Source of the DNA: Octopus sinensis | Lineage: Eukaryota | Direction: 5' to 3' | Length of the DNA: 64,000 bases | NCBI RefSeq assembly: GCF_006345805.1 | Contig: NC_043006.1 | Coordinates: 75,392,001 to 75,456,000, forward strand | Shown here: positions 50,960 through 64,000 of the stretch, piece after piece | Layout of the letters: each line of letters opens with the position of its first letter | Position numbering within the stretch: position 1 is the first letter of the stretch | Program-made: the position numbers and the translations under genes | Notes under the pieces: generated by a model | Database searches by the model: none | What the model was told of the DNA's origin: nothing | What the model saw: the letters and a program-made list of their open reading frames with translations, nothing else

Positions 50960-50990
<31 letters not shown>

Positions 50991-50994
50991 GATG

Positions 50995-51039
<45 letters not shown>

Positions 51040-51080
51040 GTATATAATATATATGTATATATATATATGTATATATATAG

Positions 51081-51111
<31 letters not shown>

Positions 51112-51327
51112 GTATATATATATAATATGTAATATATATATATATGTATATATATATATATGTATATATATATATTGTATTATATATAGTATATATATAT
51201 ATGTTGTATATGATGTAATATATGATATATATATATATATATATAATATATATATATTATATATATGTATATATATATGTATAGATATATGTATATATAT
51301 ATGTATATATATATGTATATATATATG

Positions 51328-51360
<33 letters not shown>

Positions 51361-53525
51361 GTATATGTATATATGATATATATATTATATATATATAGTA
51401 ATATATATGTATATATATATGTATATAATGTATATATATATGTATATATATATGTATATATATATGTATTATATATGTATATATATATATGTATATATAT
51501 ATATGTATATATATATAGGTATATATTATGTATATATATATGTATATATATATGTATATATATATATGTATATATATATGTATATATATAGTATTATTAT
51601 ATGTATATATATATATGTATATATTATGTATATATATATGTATATATATATGTATAAATAATGTATACTATAATATATGTATATATATATATGTATATAT
51701 ATTATGTATATATATATGTAATATTATGTATATATATATGTATATATATGTGTTATATATGTATATATATATATGTATATATATATAATGTATATATATA
51801 TATAGGTATATATTATATTGTATATATATATATATATTATATATATGTATATATATATATGTAGTATGCTATATATAATATTATGTATATATATATATGT
51901 TATATTGTATATATATATATATATAGTATATATATATATTATATGTATATGTATATATATTGTATATATATATTATGTATATATATATATATTATGATAT
52001 ATATATATATGTATATATATATATGTAATATATATATGTATTGTATATATATATATAATAGTGTTATTATTATATATGTTGTATATATATATGTGTAATA
52101 TATATATGTATATATATATATGTGTATATTATTAGTATATATATATATGTATATATATATATATGTATATATTATATAGTATATATATATATATTGTAAT
52201 ATATATATATGTATATATATATATGTTATATATATATTATGTATTATATAATATGTATTATATTATATGTATATATATGTATATGTAGAATATGGTATTG
52301 TATATATATGTATAGTATATATATGTAATGTATATATTATGGTATGTTATATATATTGTATATAATATGTATATATATATATGTATATAATATATATATA
52401 TATATTATATTATGTATATATATATATGATATTATATATATATATGATATATATTATATATGTGTATATATATATGTGTATATATATATGTATGTTATAT
52501 ATATATATGTGTATATATATATATGTGTTATATATATATATTATGTATAATATATATATTGTATATATATTATGTGTATATATATTATATATATATGTAA
52601 TATATATGATGGTGTTATATATATGTATGTATATATATATGTATATATATATATATGTATATATTATATATGTATATATATATGTGTATATATATATATA
52701 TGTGTATATATATATTATGTATATATATATATATGTGTATAATATATATATGTATATATATATATATATATGTATATATTATTATGTGATATATATATAT
52801 GTGTATATATATATGTGTATATATTATTATATGTGTAATATATATATATGTGTATATAATATATATGTGTATATATATATATAGTATATATATATATGTG
52901 TATATTAATATATATGTGTATATATATATATGTGTATTATATATATATGTGTTATATATATGTGTGTATATATATATGTGTGTAATATTATGTGTGTATA
53001 TTATATATGTGTATATATATATATGTGTATATATATATATGTATGTATATAATATATATGTGTGTATATATATATGTATGTATATATATATATGTATTAT
53101 ATATATGTATGTATAATATATGTATGTATATTATATATGTATGTATATATATATGATGTATATATATATGTATGTATATATAATGTATGTTATCTATATT
53201 ATGTAGTATATATATATGTATGTATATAATGTAGTATATATATATATATATGTATTATATATATGTATATTATGTATATGTCTTAATGTATATGTATATA
53301 TATGTATATGTATATATATATATATGTATTATGTATATTGTATATATGTATAGTGTAATATATATGGTGTATATATATGTATATATATTATTTATATATA
53401 TATATATGTATATATTATATAATATTTATGTATTATTTATATATATATGTATATTATTATATCTTATTTGTTGTATATATATATTTCTTATATATATATG
53501 CTGTATGTATATATATATATGTATG

Positions 53526-53561
<36 letters not shown>

Positions 53562-54618
53562 GTATGTATATATATATGTGTGTATATATATATACATGTG
53601 TATATATATACATGTGTATATATATACATGTATATATATATACATGGTATATATATACATGTATATATATATACATGTATATAATACATGTAGTATATAT
53701 ATATGTATTATATATATATGTAATATATATATGTATAATATATATGTATATATATATATGTATATATATATGTATATATATATGTGTATATATATATGTA
53801 TATATATATGTATATATATTATATTGTATATATATATTATGTATATATATGTATATATATATAGATGTATATATATATATGTATGTATATATATATGTAT
53901 ATATGATATATGTATATATATATATATGTATAATATATATATGTATATATATATATATGTATATATATAATATATATGTATAATGTATATGATATGTATA
54001 TGTATATATATGTATATGTATATATATGTATATGTATATGTATATATATGTATATGTAGGGTATATATATATGTATATGTATATATATGTATATGTATGT
54101 GTATATATATATATGTATATGTATAATGTATATGTATGTGTATATATATATATATATGTATATTGTATATATATATATGTAATATATATATATATGTATA
54201 TTATACGTTTATAATATGTATACTTATATATATATATGTATATATCTATAGTATATAATATATATGGATATATATATATATATATATATTATATTATATA
54301 TATAATATGTACATCATATTATATATGTCATTATATATAATATATGTATATGTATATATATGTAACATATATGTATATATATATTGTATAAAATATGTAT
54401 ATATATATGTATACATATATGTATATATATATGTATACATATATGTATATATATATGTATACATATATGTATATATATATGTATACATATATGTATATAT
54501 ATATGTATACATATATGTATATATATATGTATACATATATGTATATATATATGTATACATATATGTATATATATATGTATACATATATGTATACATATAT
54601 GTAATATGTATACATATA

Positions 54619-54655
<37 letters not shown>

Positions 54656-54702
54656 ACATATATATATGTATACATATATATATGTATACATATATATATA
54701 TA

Positions 54703-54715
<13 letters not shown>
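50415..54715. repeat. ~4.3-kb degenerate (TA)n/(TATG)n array
   Basis: direct inspection; contains a near-perfect 24-bp sub-array at about 54397-54600. Confidence 0.95.
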
Positions 54716-54733
<18 letters not shown>

Positions 54734-54990
54734 TATATAATTGATAATAAAAAGTATTGATGCTGTGTCTTTCATACCTTTTCCCTGTGCCATTATTTTC
54801 AGTGCAAGTGAACTAAAATACTTTCAGCTTTCCATCTACAAAGAAACCGGGGGGAAAACCCTGTATTTTATTTATCTCCTGGAAGTTTGATAACTTGAGT
54901 CACTTACTCTATCAATGGATGATTAGATTCATTAGATATCAAGGAGTGAAAAATAACAGGACTAGCACTTCATTCAGACATTCTTTAAAG

Positions 54991-56024
54991 CAGGGGTTGC
55001 CAAACTTTTTTATACCAGCGACCCCGCCTTCGGCCACTTCTTCTTCCCGCATCGATCCCCTTTTAGCCAATTCTCCTTCTACATTGAACCCCATTTACCC
55101 ACTTCTTTTTTTGTATTGACCTTCTTTAGCCAATTCGCCTTCTGCATTGACTACCCTCCTCATTTGAAATATCTTGATACCCTACCCTACTGTATCATAC
55201 TTTAACCCTTTAGCATTTAAACCGGCCATATCCGGCCCAAATATTCCACCCATTTTATGTTCAGACCAGCCAGATCTGACCTCTCACATGTACCCTAAAA
55301 TGTCATTCTAAAAACAATCAATCACATCATTGAAATCTTGAAGCTATGAGATAAGCCATGATTAAATCAAAACAATGTGAATAAATAAGCATTATTTCGA
55401 TAGAATAATCTGAATACTAAAGGGTTAAATGCATACCGGGTGCTGATACTTGCAATTAAAATGTTAATTAAAATATACATGTATGACAGATTAAGAAATT
55501 CCATTGAAGATGATACACTTTTTACATTTAAAACTACATATACGAGTATACAGTATTAAACTTTCAATTTTTATGAAATTGCTCTGATGGTGAGAAAATG
55601 TGCAAAATGCATCATATTGCTGGAATATCTTTTATTGAAATTGACAGCATCAATGTGATGGATGGGCATGGTGATCCTAAATCATTGATATCTGGCTAAA
55701 TGTTGGTCAGTTTCAGTCTCAAATCACCTCATTCCTCCGGGTTCATGCAATTTCTATAAGCAAACACTTGACAGTCTGCTTCCCCTCAATCACATCTCTC
55801 AATCTTCGATTACAATACAGATTACAATACATCAGGCCTCGAACATTAGCAACAGCAGACTTCTCGCTGCAGTAAAAATTTATCATGTTTTCCCATGTTT
55901 CACGGCACTGACTATTTCAAGCATTTCATCTGGATGAGCTGGTCTTTCGCATGCTGACCCCCATTCAACCCCTTGGCCATCATCGAACCCCTGTAATCCT
56001 TTGGACTCCCTTTGGCAACCCATG
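54991..56024 (-). mobile_element. hAT (Charlie/Buster-like) deletion derivative with nested piggyBac-type MITE
   Basis: TIRs caggggttgccaaa / tttggcaacccatg; 8-bp TSD ctttaaag / cattaaag; - strand remnant GDLRLKLTNI*PDINDL...HAHPSH* resembles a hAT transposase C-terminus. Confidence 0.8.
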
Positions 56025-58317
56025 CATTAAAGTCTGTAACTATATAGTTAAAATAGCAAATAAAAAATAATTCAGCTGTGAATGCTTGTTAGGTGGTAGA
56101 TTATATTAGAGTTTGTCTTGTAATGGTATATAAGGAATAAATATGCTATACGAAGAATGAATATTCTTTTTCTTATTGGTGTATTTAAAAACAAAACAAA
56201 ACTTTAAAGTCCATTGCTTGTTGCAGAAAATCTTTTTAAGTAGGGGCCTTATGCATTTCTAAAGTTGCTCTACCTTAGTATAGCAGAAGCCTGCAAAACT
56301 GTTGAGTATAAAACTCATTATACTCATTTAGCTACCTTAAACTGAATTTGCTTGACTTAAATGCTTGATTCTTCACAACTATAATTACATACCAGTTTCC
56401 TAGATTTTTGGTGGGGATAAATCTTACTTTTATTTTGCATGCTATTAATCTGCTTACAAATTAAATTTTTTTCCATTCTTTTTATTTTGTTGAAATATTT
56501 ATTTAAATTACTCATATATTTTCTTTTGACATAAGTTTAAAATTTTACTCATGTCCATCAATCACTGCATCTCTATCCATTTCTGTCCATCTTCCACCCT
56601 CATTTCACACTCTCATGAACTTGCCTAATCATACCATTTCTCTTATATACATCATTCACATCTTCCCTGCCATCTTCTCTCTTTTCCAACTGATGTAATC
56701 ATGTATCTTCATTACTGCAGGACACCTGTTTCAGACCCTCTATCATACTGTAATCTCTCATCACCTGGCATAAAGCCTACCAGTGTGGTCTTACCTTGTG
56801 AGGTGATTGATGACTTCACTGAAGCTGGTGCCACATAAAATGCACCCAATACACTCTGTAAATTGGTTAGCATTAAGGAAGGGCATCCAGTCTTAGAGCC
56901 ATGCCAAAGCAGTCATTGAATCTTGGTGCAGTCCTTTGACTTGTCAGTTTCTGTTGATCCATCCAACCTATGCCAGCATAGAAAACGGATGTTAAATGAT
57001 GATGATAATTTGAAATTTCTTTAATGGAATTCTTTTAAAATTTATTCTTTATTAACTCCAACTAATTAGCTTTGTCGGTGTTGCAGCACCTCCATTGAGA
57101 TTATATTATTGTGTCATTTTGGAAGAGCCACAGTAGAAAGTTTATCTCTTTTTAAACCAAAGAATCCTTGGAGCTGGTTCTTCTCAGCTTTTCTGCAGAC
57201 TGATTGTTGTCTGTTGTTAGCCTTTCCATTTGGAGGAATTAAGCTTGGATTTACAGAGTTATTCAACAAATATCTTGTATATCTATAAGGACAACATTTG
57301 GCCTTGCATTAAATGTTACTGTTATCTTTGGGATTGTGCATTGATTTGATGGCTTAACTTGTGTGAATGAATTCAGAATTGAGTTGTTAAAATAGTGTGT
57401 TTTCTTCTTTTTACTATGTTGGTATCTTTGGCCTATTGTCAAAATGTATCTTCATAGTTATTGCTCTGATGAACTTTCTAGTCTAGTACCCTGTACCAAA
57501 GCCTTCTCTTCCCAGGTGTATTACTTCTCTGTTGAACCTCTATTAATCATAAGTCCTTTTATTCTGCCAGCTTCTTCCTTCAAACTGCTGCTCTTTGGAA
57601 TTCCTTACCATTGTCTTGTTTTCCTTTGGATTATGATAATCACTCCCTTTAAGCTTTCTGTTAATCTACATCATTTGAATTCATAGGCTCCCTTCTTTCC
57701 TTTCTTTGTTGTTCCTTATGCTACACTGGCTTCAGCCATGTTTGGGACAAAATCATAAAAAATAGTTAAAAAAAAAACAAGCAGCAGTGAAATTATACCA
57801 TTCTGCACCAACCATTTATGATAGGTAAGTGGTGTTGGCCATTGGCACTAAATAACTTGGCCATGATCACAAAATGATTTTGTATCACTGCATTGATTTG
57901 CTTATTCTTATGATAAGATTATGTTAATGACATTAAATTTGGTTTTTCACATTCTGAGTTGAAATCAAACCAAGGTAGAATTTAGCTTTCATCTTTCAAG
58001 GGACAGTGAATTAAAGTATCTGTCAAATACTGGGATTGGTAGAATTGACTGTTCCTTTCCTCAGAATTTGAGGACTTTATTTGAGGATTTTATTAAAAAT
58101 TGTTGTTGTTATTAATAGATTGAGCTGGCTGAATTATTAGGGCATCGGAATGATTTGTAGCATTCATTTTGACTCTTTTCATTCCAAGTTCAAATCCTGC
58201 TGAGGCCAATTTTACTTTTCCTCTTTTTACAAGGGACCAATTAAATAAAATACCAGTTGAGTATTAGGGTTGTTGATATAGAAGTCCCCACTTTTATCAG
58301 AATTATTGGCCAGCTTG

Positions 58318-58700
58318 CTAACGAACCACATGGTTCCAGGTTCAGCCCCACTGCATGGCACCTTGGGCAAGTGTCTTCTACTATAGCCCCGGGCTGACCA
58401 AAGCCTTCTGAGTGGATTTGGTAGACGGAAACTGAAAGAAGCCCATCGTATATATGTATATATATATATATTTGTATGTGTGTGTATATTTTGTGTGTCT
58501 GTGTTTGTCCCCCCAACATCGCTTAACAACTAATGCTGGTGTGTTTACGTCCCTGTATCTTAGCGGGTCGGCAAAAGAGACCGATAGAATCAGTACTAAG
58601 CTTACAAAGAATTAAGTACTGGGGACGATTTTAGTCGACTAAAGGCGGTGCTCCAGCATGGTTATAGTCACATGACTGAAACAAGTAAAAAAAAAAAGAG
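58318..58700 (+). mobile_element. SINE family A copy, slightly 5'-truncated
   Basis: sequence similarity to 6271-6729. Confidence 0.9.
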
Positions 58701-59061
58701 TTATACTGAAATCAGAAACTATAGTTGCTGTCATTGTTAATAAGGCATTATGGGAGGCGATGTAGCAGAAAATTATTTATGTATTAGACAAAATTCCTTG
58801 TGATATTTATTCTGGCTCATTACTTCTTGATTTGAAACCCTGTCAAGGTCTACATTTACTTACCATCCCTCTGGGCTTTATTTGATCAACTCCGTCATGT
58901 AATTATATTGATATCTTGAGAATTTGGTGAAGGTATGTGAGATTTGGTGAGATTCTAAGGTATTGATCCTTTGATCCAAACAAGGGAAGGTAAGTTGGTG
59001 TTATTACTTTTGTTGTGGACAAGTATTAAAAAGGCAGAACCAATAACACCACTCATACCCT

Positions 59062-59445
59062 CTCTCTCACTCATACTCTCTCTCTCACTCATACTCTCTC
59101 TCACTCATACTCTCTTGCACTCATACTCTCTCTCTCACACTCTCTCTCACTCATACTCTCTCTCACTCATACTTTCTCTCTCACTCATACTTTCTCTCTC
59201 ACTCATACTCTCTCTCTCACCCATACTCTCTCTCACTCAAACTCTCTCACTCATACTCTCTCTCACTCATACTCTTTCTCACTCATACTCTCTCTCACTC
59301 ATACTCTCTCTCACTCATACTCTCTCTCTCACTCATACTCTCTCTCTCACTCATACTCTCTCTCACTCAAACACTCTCACTCATACTCTCTCTCACTCAT
59401 ACTCTCTCTCTCTCGCATGCTCTCTCTCTCACTCATTCTCTCCCG
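59062..59445. repeat. (ctcactcatactctctct)n pyrimidine-rich minisatellite
   Basis: ~18-20-nt periodicity. Confidence 0.85.
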
Positions 59446-59581
59446 TCTTCATTTAGATGAAAAGTAAAGGTCCTATATCTTCAGATTGTTTTTCATCCTT
59501 CATGTTAATTGAACAATGTTTTATAATTTTCCTATAAGCTTTAAACCACATTATTTATCTCTCTTACACACACACACACAA

Positions 59582-59612
<31 letters not shown>

Positions 59613-60085
59613 TCTATTAAAAGAGACAGATTGTTCGTTAAGGTTATCTGGTTATCTCTCATAAATCTGTTAACTCAATAGATTTTACATTGATGTTTAC
59701 TAACCGGCGTATTAAATTCTTATATATTTGATCTGTTGTTGTTGTTGTTAATGTTGTTGTTATTGATGTTCATGTTATTGTTAATGTTGTTGATGTTTTT
59801 ATTGTTGTTTTTGTTGTTGCTGCTGCAATAGCAACAGCAGCAGCCATAATTGAGTGCTGTTCTATTATGTCTGTAAAACAAACGAACAACCCATGCTTTA
59901 TATGTAAAATTTCTTAGTTTAAGCTTCTATATTTATTTCGATGGTTAATTATAAATTGACAGCCTTCTCGAATTCTGTTCTGTACTCTCTCTCTCTCTCT
60001 CTCTCTGTCTCTCCATTTATTTCTCTGAGTGAGTGTGTTTATATGTATATATATATCTACACACAACACATACATATGCAAACAT

Positions 60086-60476
60086 GATGGGGTGGAAGCA
60101 CTCCGTCGGTTACGACGACGAGGGTTCTGGTTGATCCGAATCATCGGAACAGCCTGCTCGTGAAATTAACATGTAAGTGGCTGAGCACTCCACAGACACG
60201 TGTACCCTTAACGTAGTTCTCGGGGATATTCAGCGTGACACAGCGAGTGACAAGGCCGGCCCTTTGAAATACAGGTACAACAGAAACAGGAAGTAAGAGT
60301 GAGAGAAAGTTGTGGTGAAAGAGTACAGCAGGGATCACCACCATCCCTGCCGGAGCCTCATGGAGCTTTAGGTGTTTTCGCTCAATAAATACTCACAACG
60401 CCCGGTCTGGGAATCGAAACCACGATCCTACGACCGCGAGTCCGCTGCCCTAACCACTGGGCCATTGCGCCTCCAC
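60086..60476 (-). mobile_element. tRNA-derived SINE family C, young full-length copy with 29-bp TSD
   Basis: CpG-rich and intact; flanked by ctacacacaacacatacatatgcaaacat at 60057-60085 and 60477-60505. Confidence 0.92.
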
Positions 60477-60619
60477 CTACACACAACACATACATATGCA
60501 AACATACATGTACATATAATGCATTCCATGACTGTTGAGTAATACATCACACTATTTCTGAAAAAGGAGGACATAAAATTTATCAAGTATCACCTGAGGT
60601 CCCTGCATATACATATATA

Positions 60620-61224
60620 CAAGGGTTTGCTGAAAAGTTCCCGACTTTAAATGTATCGTGAAAGGCCTGGTTAGAGGTCCAACCTTCCGAGTTCTTTTAC
60701 AGGGCTTTGAAAAACTGAAGGAGCTCTACAATAACTCTTTTACTCTTTTACTTGTTTCAGTCATTTGACTGCGGCCATGCTGGAGCACCGCCTTTAATCG
60801 AGCAACTCGACCCCGGGATTTTCTTTTGTAAGACCAGTACTTATTCTATCGCTAAGTTACGGGGACATAAACACACCAGCATTGGTTGTCAAGCAATGCT
60901 AGGGGGACAAACACAGACACACAAACACACACACACATTTATATATATACATATATACGACGGGCTTCTTTCAGTTTCCGTCTACCAAATCCACTCACAA
61001 GGTTTTGGTCGGCCCGAGGCTAGAGTAGAAGATACTTGCCCAAGGTGCCACGCAGTGGGACTGAACCCGGAACCATGTGGTTGGTAAACAAGCTACTTAC
61101 CACACAGCCACTCCTGCGCCTATAAGTGTATGAATCTGAGAGGGAAATATGTTGAATAAAATCACAACTGATCCTCCTGTATTTTCTTTTACCCAAAGCC
61201 AGGAACTTCCCAGCACTCGCCTCA
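60620..61224 (+). mobile_element. mariner-derived MITE split by a SINE A insertion (60735-61121, - strand)
   Basis: imperfect TIRs (gctgaaaagttccc / ggaacttcccagc) with TA flanks; remnant KCMNLRGKYVE* resembles a mariner C-terminus. Confidence 0.7.
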
Positions 61225-62506
61225 TATATACTTGTATCTATGTATCATACTGATCAATGATGTATTTACATCTTTGAAAGGCAGATTTACTGCAGTTTTC
61301 ATCCAGAGATAACATCTCTTATTGATCTACTGTGCTTAAAAAGGCAATATATATCAAGACAGACAAGAATCCTGCCAGCATTGGCTAGTCAGAATATCAG
61401 AAGCATTTTGATCCATGTGGGGCCATGTCAATGACATGTACTTGAAGCCAGCAACAAGCCTAGACAACAATTGTTGCTTCTGATATACAGGAAGTACTGA
61501 ATAAAACAGCCACTGCTAATGTGAATAGGTACCTGGCTGAAATGCTTCTAGCTTGTATGATATATAGATGGTTGTTTTAACCTAATACGGATTCTACCAC
61601 AATATAAGACAAACACATGCACACACACACACACACACACACGTTTATTATTTATGCATGCATATGTGTGTCTGTTTATATATATGTATGTGTGTATGTA
61701 TGTATATATATATAAGTATGTATATATGTATGTATATATGTAGGGGGAATTCACAAAAGACAAAGACAGGTGGTGTAGACAACAAACAGATTAATTAGTT
61801 TAATGCTTGGGAAGTGAAAAAGTCTTTAACATTTCGAGCATACGCTCTTCCACAGAAAGGAACACAGAAAGAAACAACGAGAGAAAATAAAGAATGTGTA
61901 GTGGCTAGCGATGTATGTATGTGTGTGTATGTATGTATATATATGTAATGTATGTATATAAACATACAAATATACATATGATGTATGTATATATGTATGT
62001 ATATAGATATATGTGTATGTATGTCTATAAATCAAGTGAGTAGTGCGTTTGACAATTGCTTGTTAATGACCTGCAAAGTAAAAAGTGAATGACTTCTGAG
62101 CCCAGCTGATTCATGTGCTGCTTTCACTACGGCCATTATCACTATTGCATAAAAGCCTCTATAGTACTAAGTGCAATAATGCAAAATCATGACATTTGGC
62201 TTTGCAAAATGACATCTGTCTAATAGAACAAACAGCCTAAACAACATTTATTAAATGATTTGCTGACATATGTTCAAGATTTATCATAAGCTTCCCTTGT
62301 TTCATATCTATGTGTCTGCCTGTATGTCTGTCAGTCATCTGTTTGTGTGTGTATACGTGTGTATTTATGTGTTTGTGCATATATATGTGTGTGTATATAT
62401 ATATATATATATACATACCGGAGTAAACACATAAATGTCTGATGAACGGCAACGAGAAACTCAGAGTAACAGATTTTGTTGAATTTTTCTGCTGCTTTAA
62501 ATAAAG

Positions 62507-62537
<31 letters not shown>

Positions 62538-63240
62538 AGAGTTTACGGAAAAAAACCCAAAAGACAAAGATGGGTGGTGTACAAAACAAACAGATGTATT
62601 AGTATAACGCTCAGGAATAGAAAAGGTCTTTTACGTTTTGAGCCTACGCTCTTCTACAGAAAGGGACACAGAAAAAACAAGGAGAGAAAAAAAAAATGTG
62701 TGTAGTGGCTAACGATCTATCATATCTATATATATATATATATATATATTAGTAAGAATAAAGAGTATGGAGACTTGTACACCCACAAAATTTATTTTAT
62801 AGTTATATACAGCATGTTATAATGACCTACACTTGTTTCTGTTGCAGCGACTACTCACTGTTGCGAATGCAATCATGCAATTTTGCCAGTGTAGCTTCAT
62901 CAGGGTCTGTCCATTTGGTCATCCTTGAAGAATTCATGGAATGACTAACAACTAATGGTAGTCACAGACATTAGAGACTATTTGTTGTGGTTAGTCATTA
63001 ACTGAGAGCTAATACAGTATCCACCTGTATGATAAATCCCTTCAAACTCATATATATATAAGCGAGTATTGTAGTTCGCTTGAAGCATTGTGTATTGTTT
63101 GTAAAGAACAAAACGTTTTGAATGGTACCAACAATGTTAGTAGAATAGGATATCTTTATGTGTAGATACATTTTGAAGGAATTACCATCACAACGTAGCA
63201 AGTAGGAGAATGGGTCTATTGTATCTGTATGGAGTGTATA

Positions 63241-63636
63241 CTCTCTTTTACTTGTTTCAGTCATTTGACTGTGGCCATGCTGGGGCATCGCCTTTTGTCG
63301 AGTAAATCGACCCCAGGACCTATTCTTTGTAAGCCCAGTACTTATTCTATCGGTCTCTCTCTTTTGCCGAACCGCTAAGTTACGGGGACATAAACTCACC
63401 AGCATCGGTCGTCAAGCAATGTTGGTGGGGGGGACAAACACACACACACATATATATACATATACATATATACGACGAGCTTCTTTCAGTTTCCGTCTAC
63501 CAAATCCACTCACAAGGCTTTGGTCGGCCCGAGGCTATAGTAGAAGATACTTGCCCAAGGTGCCACGCAGTGGGACTGAACCCAGAACCATGTGGTTGGT
63601 AAGCAAGCTATTTACCACAAAGCCACTCCTACGTCT
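63241..63636 (-). mobile_element. SINE family A copy
   Basis: reverse complement of the family A consensus. Confidence 0.9.
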
Positions 63637-64000
63637 ATGATATTCTGATTATTTTGAAACCCAGAGGTTAACACCTCTGTGTATGTGTGTTACTTTGAGG
63701 GTAAGTTCTGCCAGAGTGTCTCTACCATCTTACCTCTCTTTCCAGCTCTTCCCACTCACCCTTATATAATGTCAGGAAACCATGTATTTTAACTACCGTA
63801 AGACACCTGGTCCTGTCCCTCTGTCATACTACAGCATCTTAACATGTGTCATAAAGCCATCTTCCTGTCCCACTCAGTGGAGAGGGAATTTATTTTGTCT
63901 TGGGAGCTACATGGAAACCTCACTAGTGTCAGTGTTAAAAACAAAAGGAAATAAACCCCCGCTCCGTAAACCCTGTAAAGCAGTTGGCATTAGGCTGGGC

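Noticed and set aside
62835-62945. Good acceptor ttgtttctgttgcag followed by unique sequence
   Set aside because: All frames reach a stop, there is no convincing donor, and there is no NKCC similarity

Overview
AT-rich, repeat-dense animal genomic DNA. The repeat landscape (several tRNA-headed SINE families, (TA)n/(TG)n seas, MITEs) suggests an octopus or other coleoid cephalopod; this is inference. The only protein-coding gene is a + strand cation-chloride cotransporter of the NKCC type (SLC12A2-like). I assembled 16 consecutive internal exons (2129-27608, 2140 nt, 713 codons + 1 nt, all GT-AG and phase-compatible), from the end of the N-terminal tail through TM1-TM12 into the cytosolic C-terminal domain. 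The start codon and the final C-terminal exons lie outside the window. In the 36 kb after 27608 I find only two candidate phase-1 microexons (30 nt at 37045, 9 nt at 46829). Introns hold at least five SINE-like families, RTE-LINE, mariner, Tc1, hAT, piggyBac-like and Helitron remnants, minisatellites and two 3.6-4.3 kb (TA)-rich arrays. The main unannotated signal is four unrelated families of small non-coding retroelements with minimal type-I hammerhead ribozyme folds of the Penelope-like type. One is a tRNA-headed element that inserts as a head-to-head inverted dimer with 14-bp target-site duplications. Another places a complete hammerhead fold between 131-bp near-perfect inverted arms. Almost all ORFs in the supplied track are microsatellite or SINE translation noise. 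All coordinates, alignments and folds were derived by hand.
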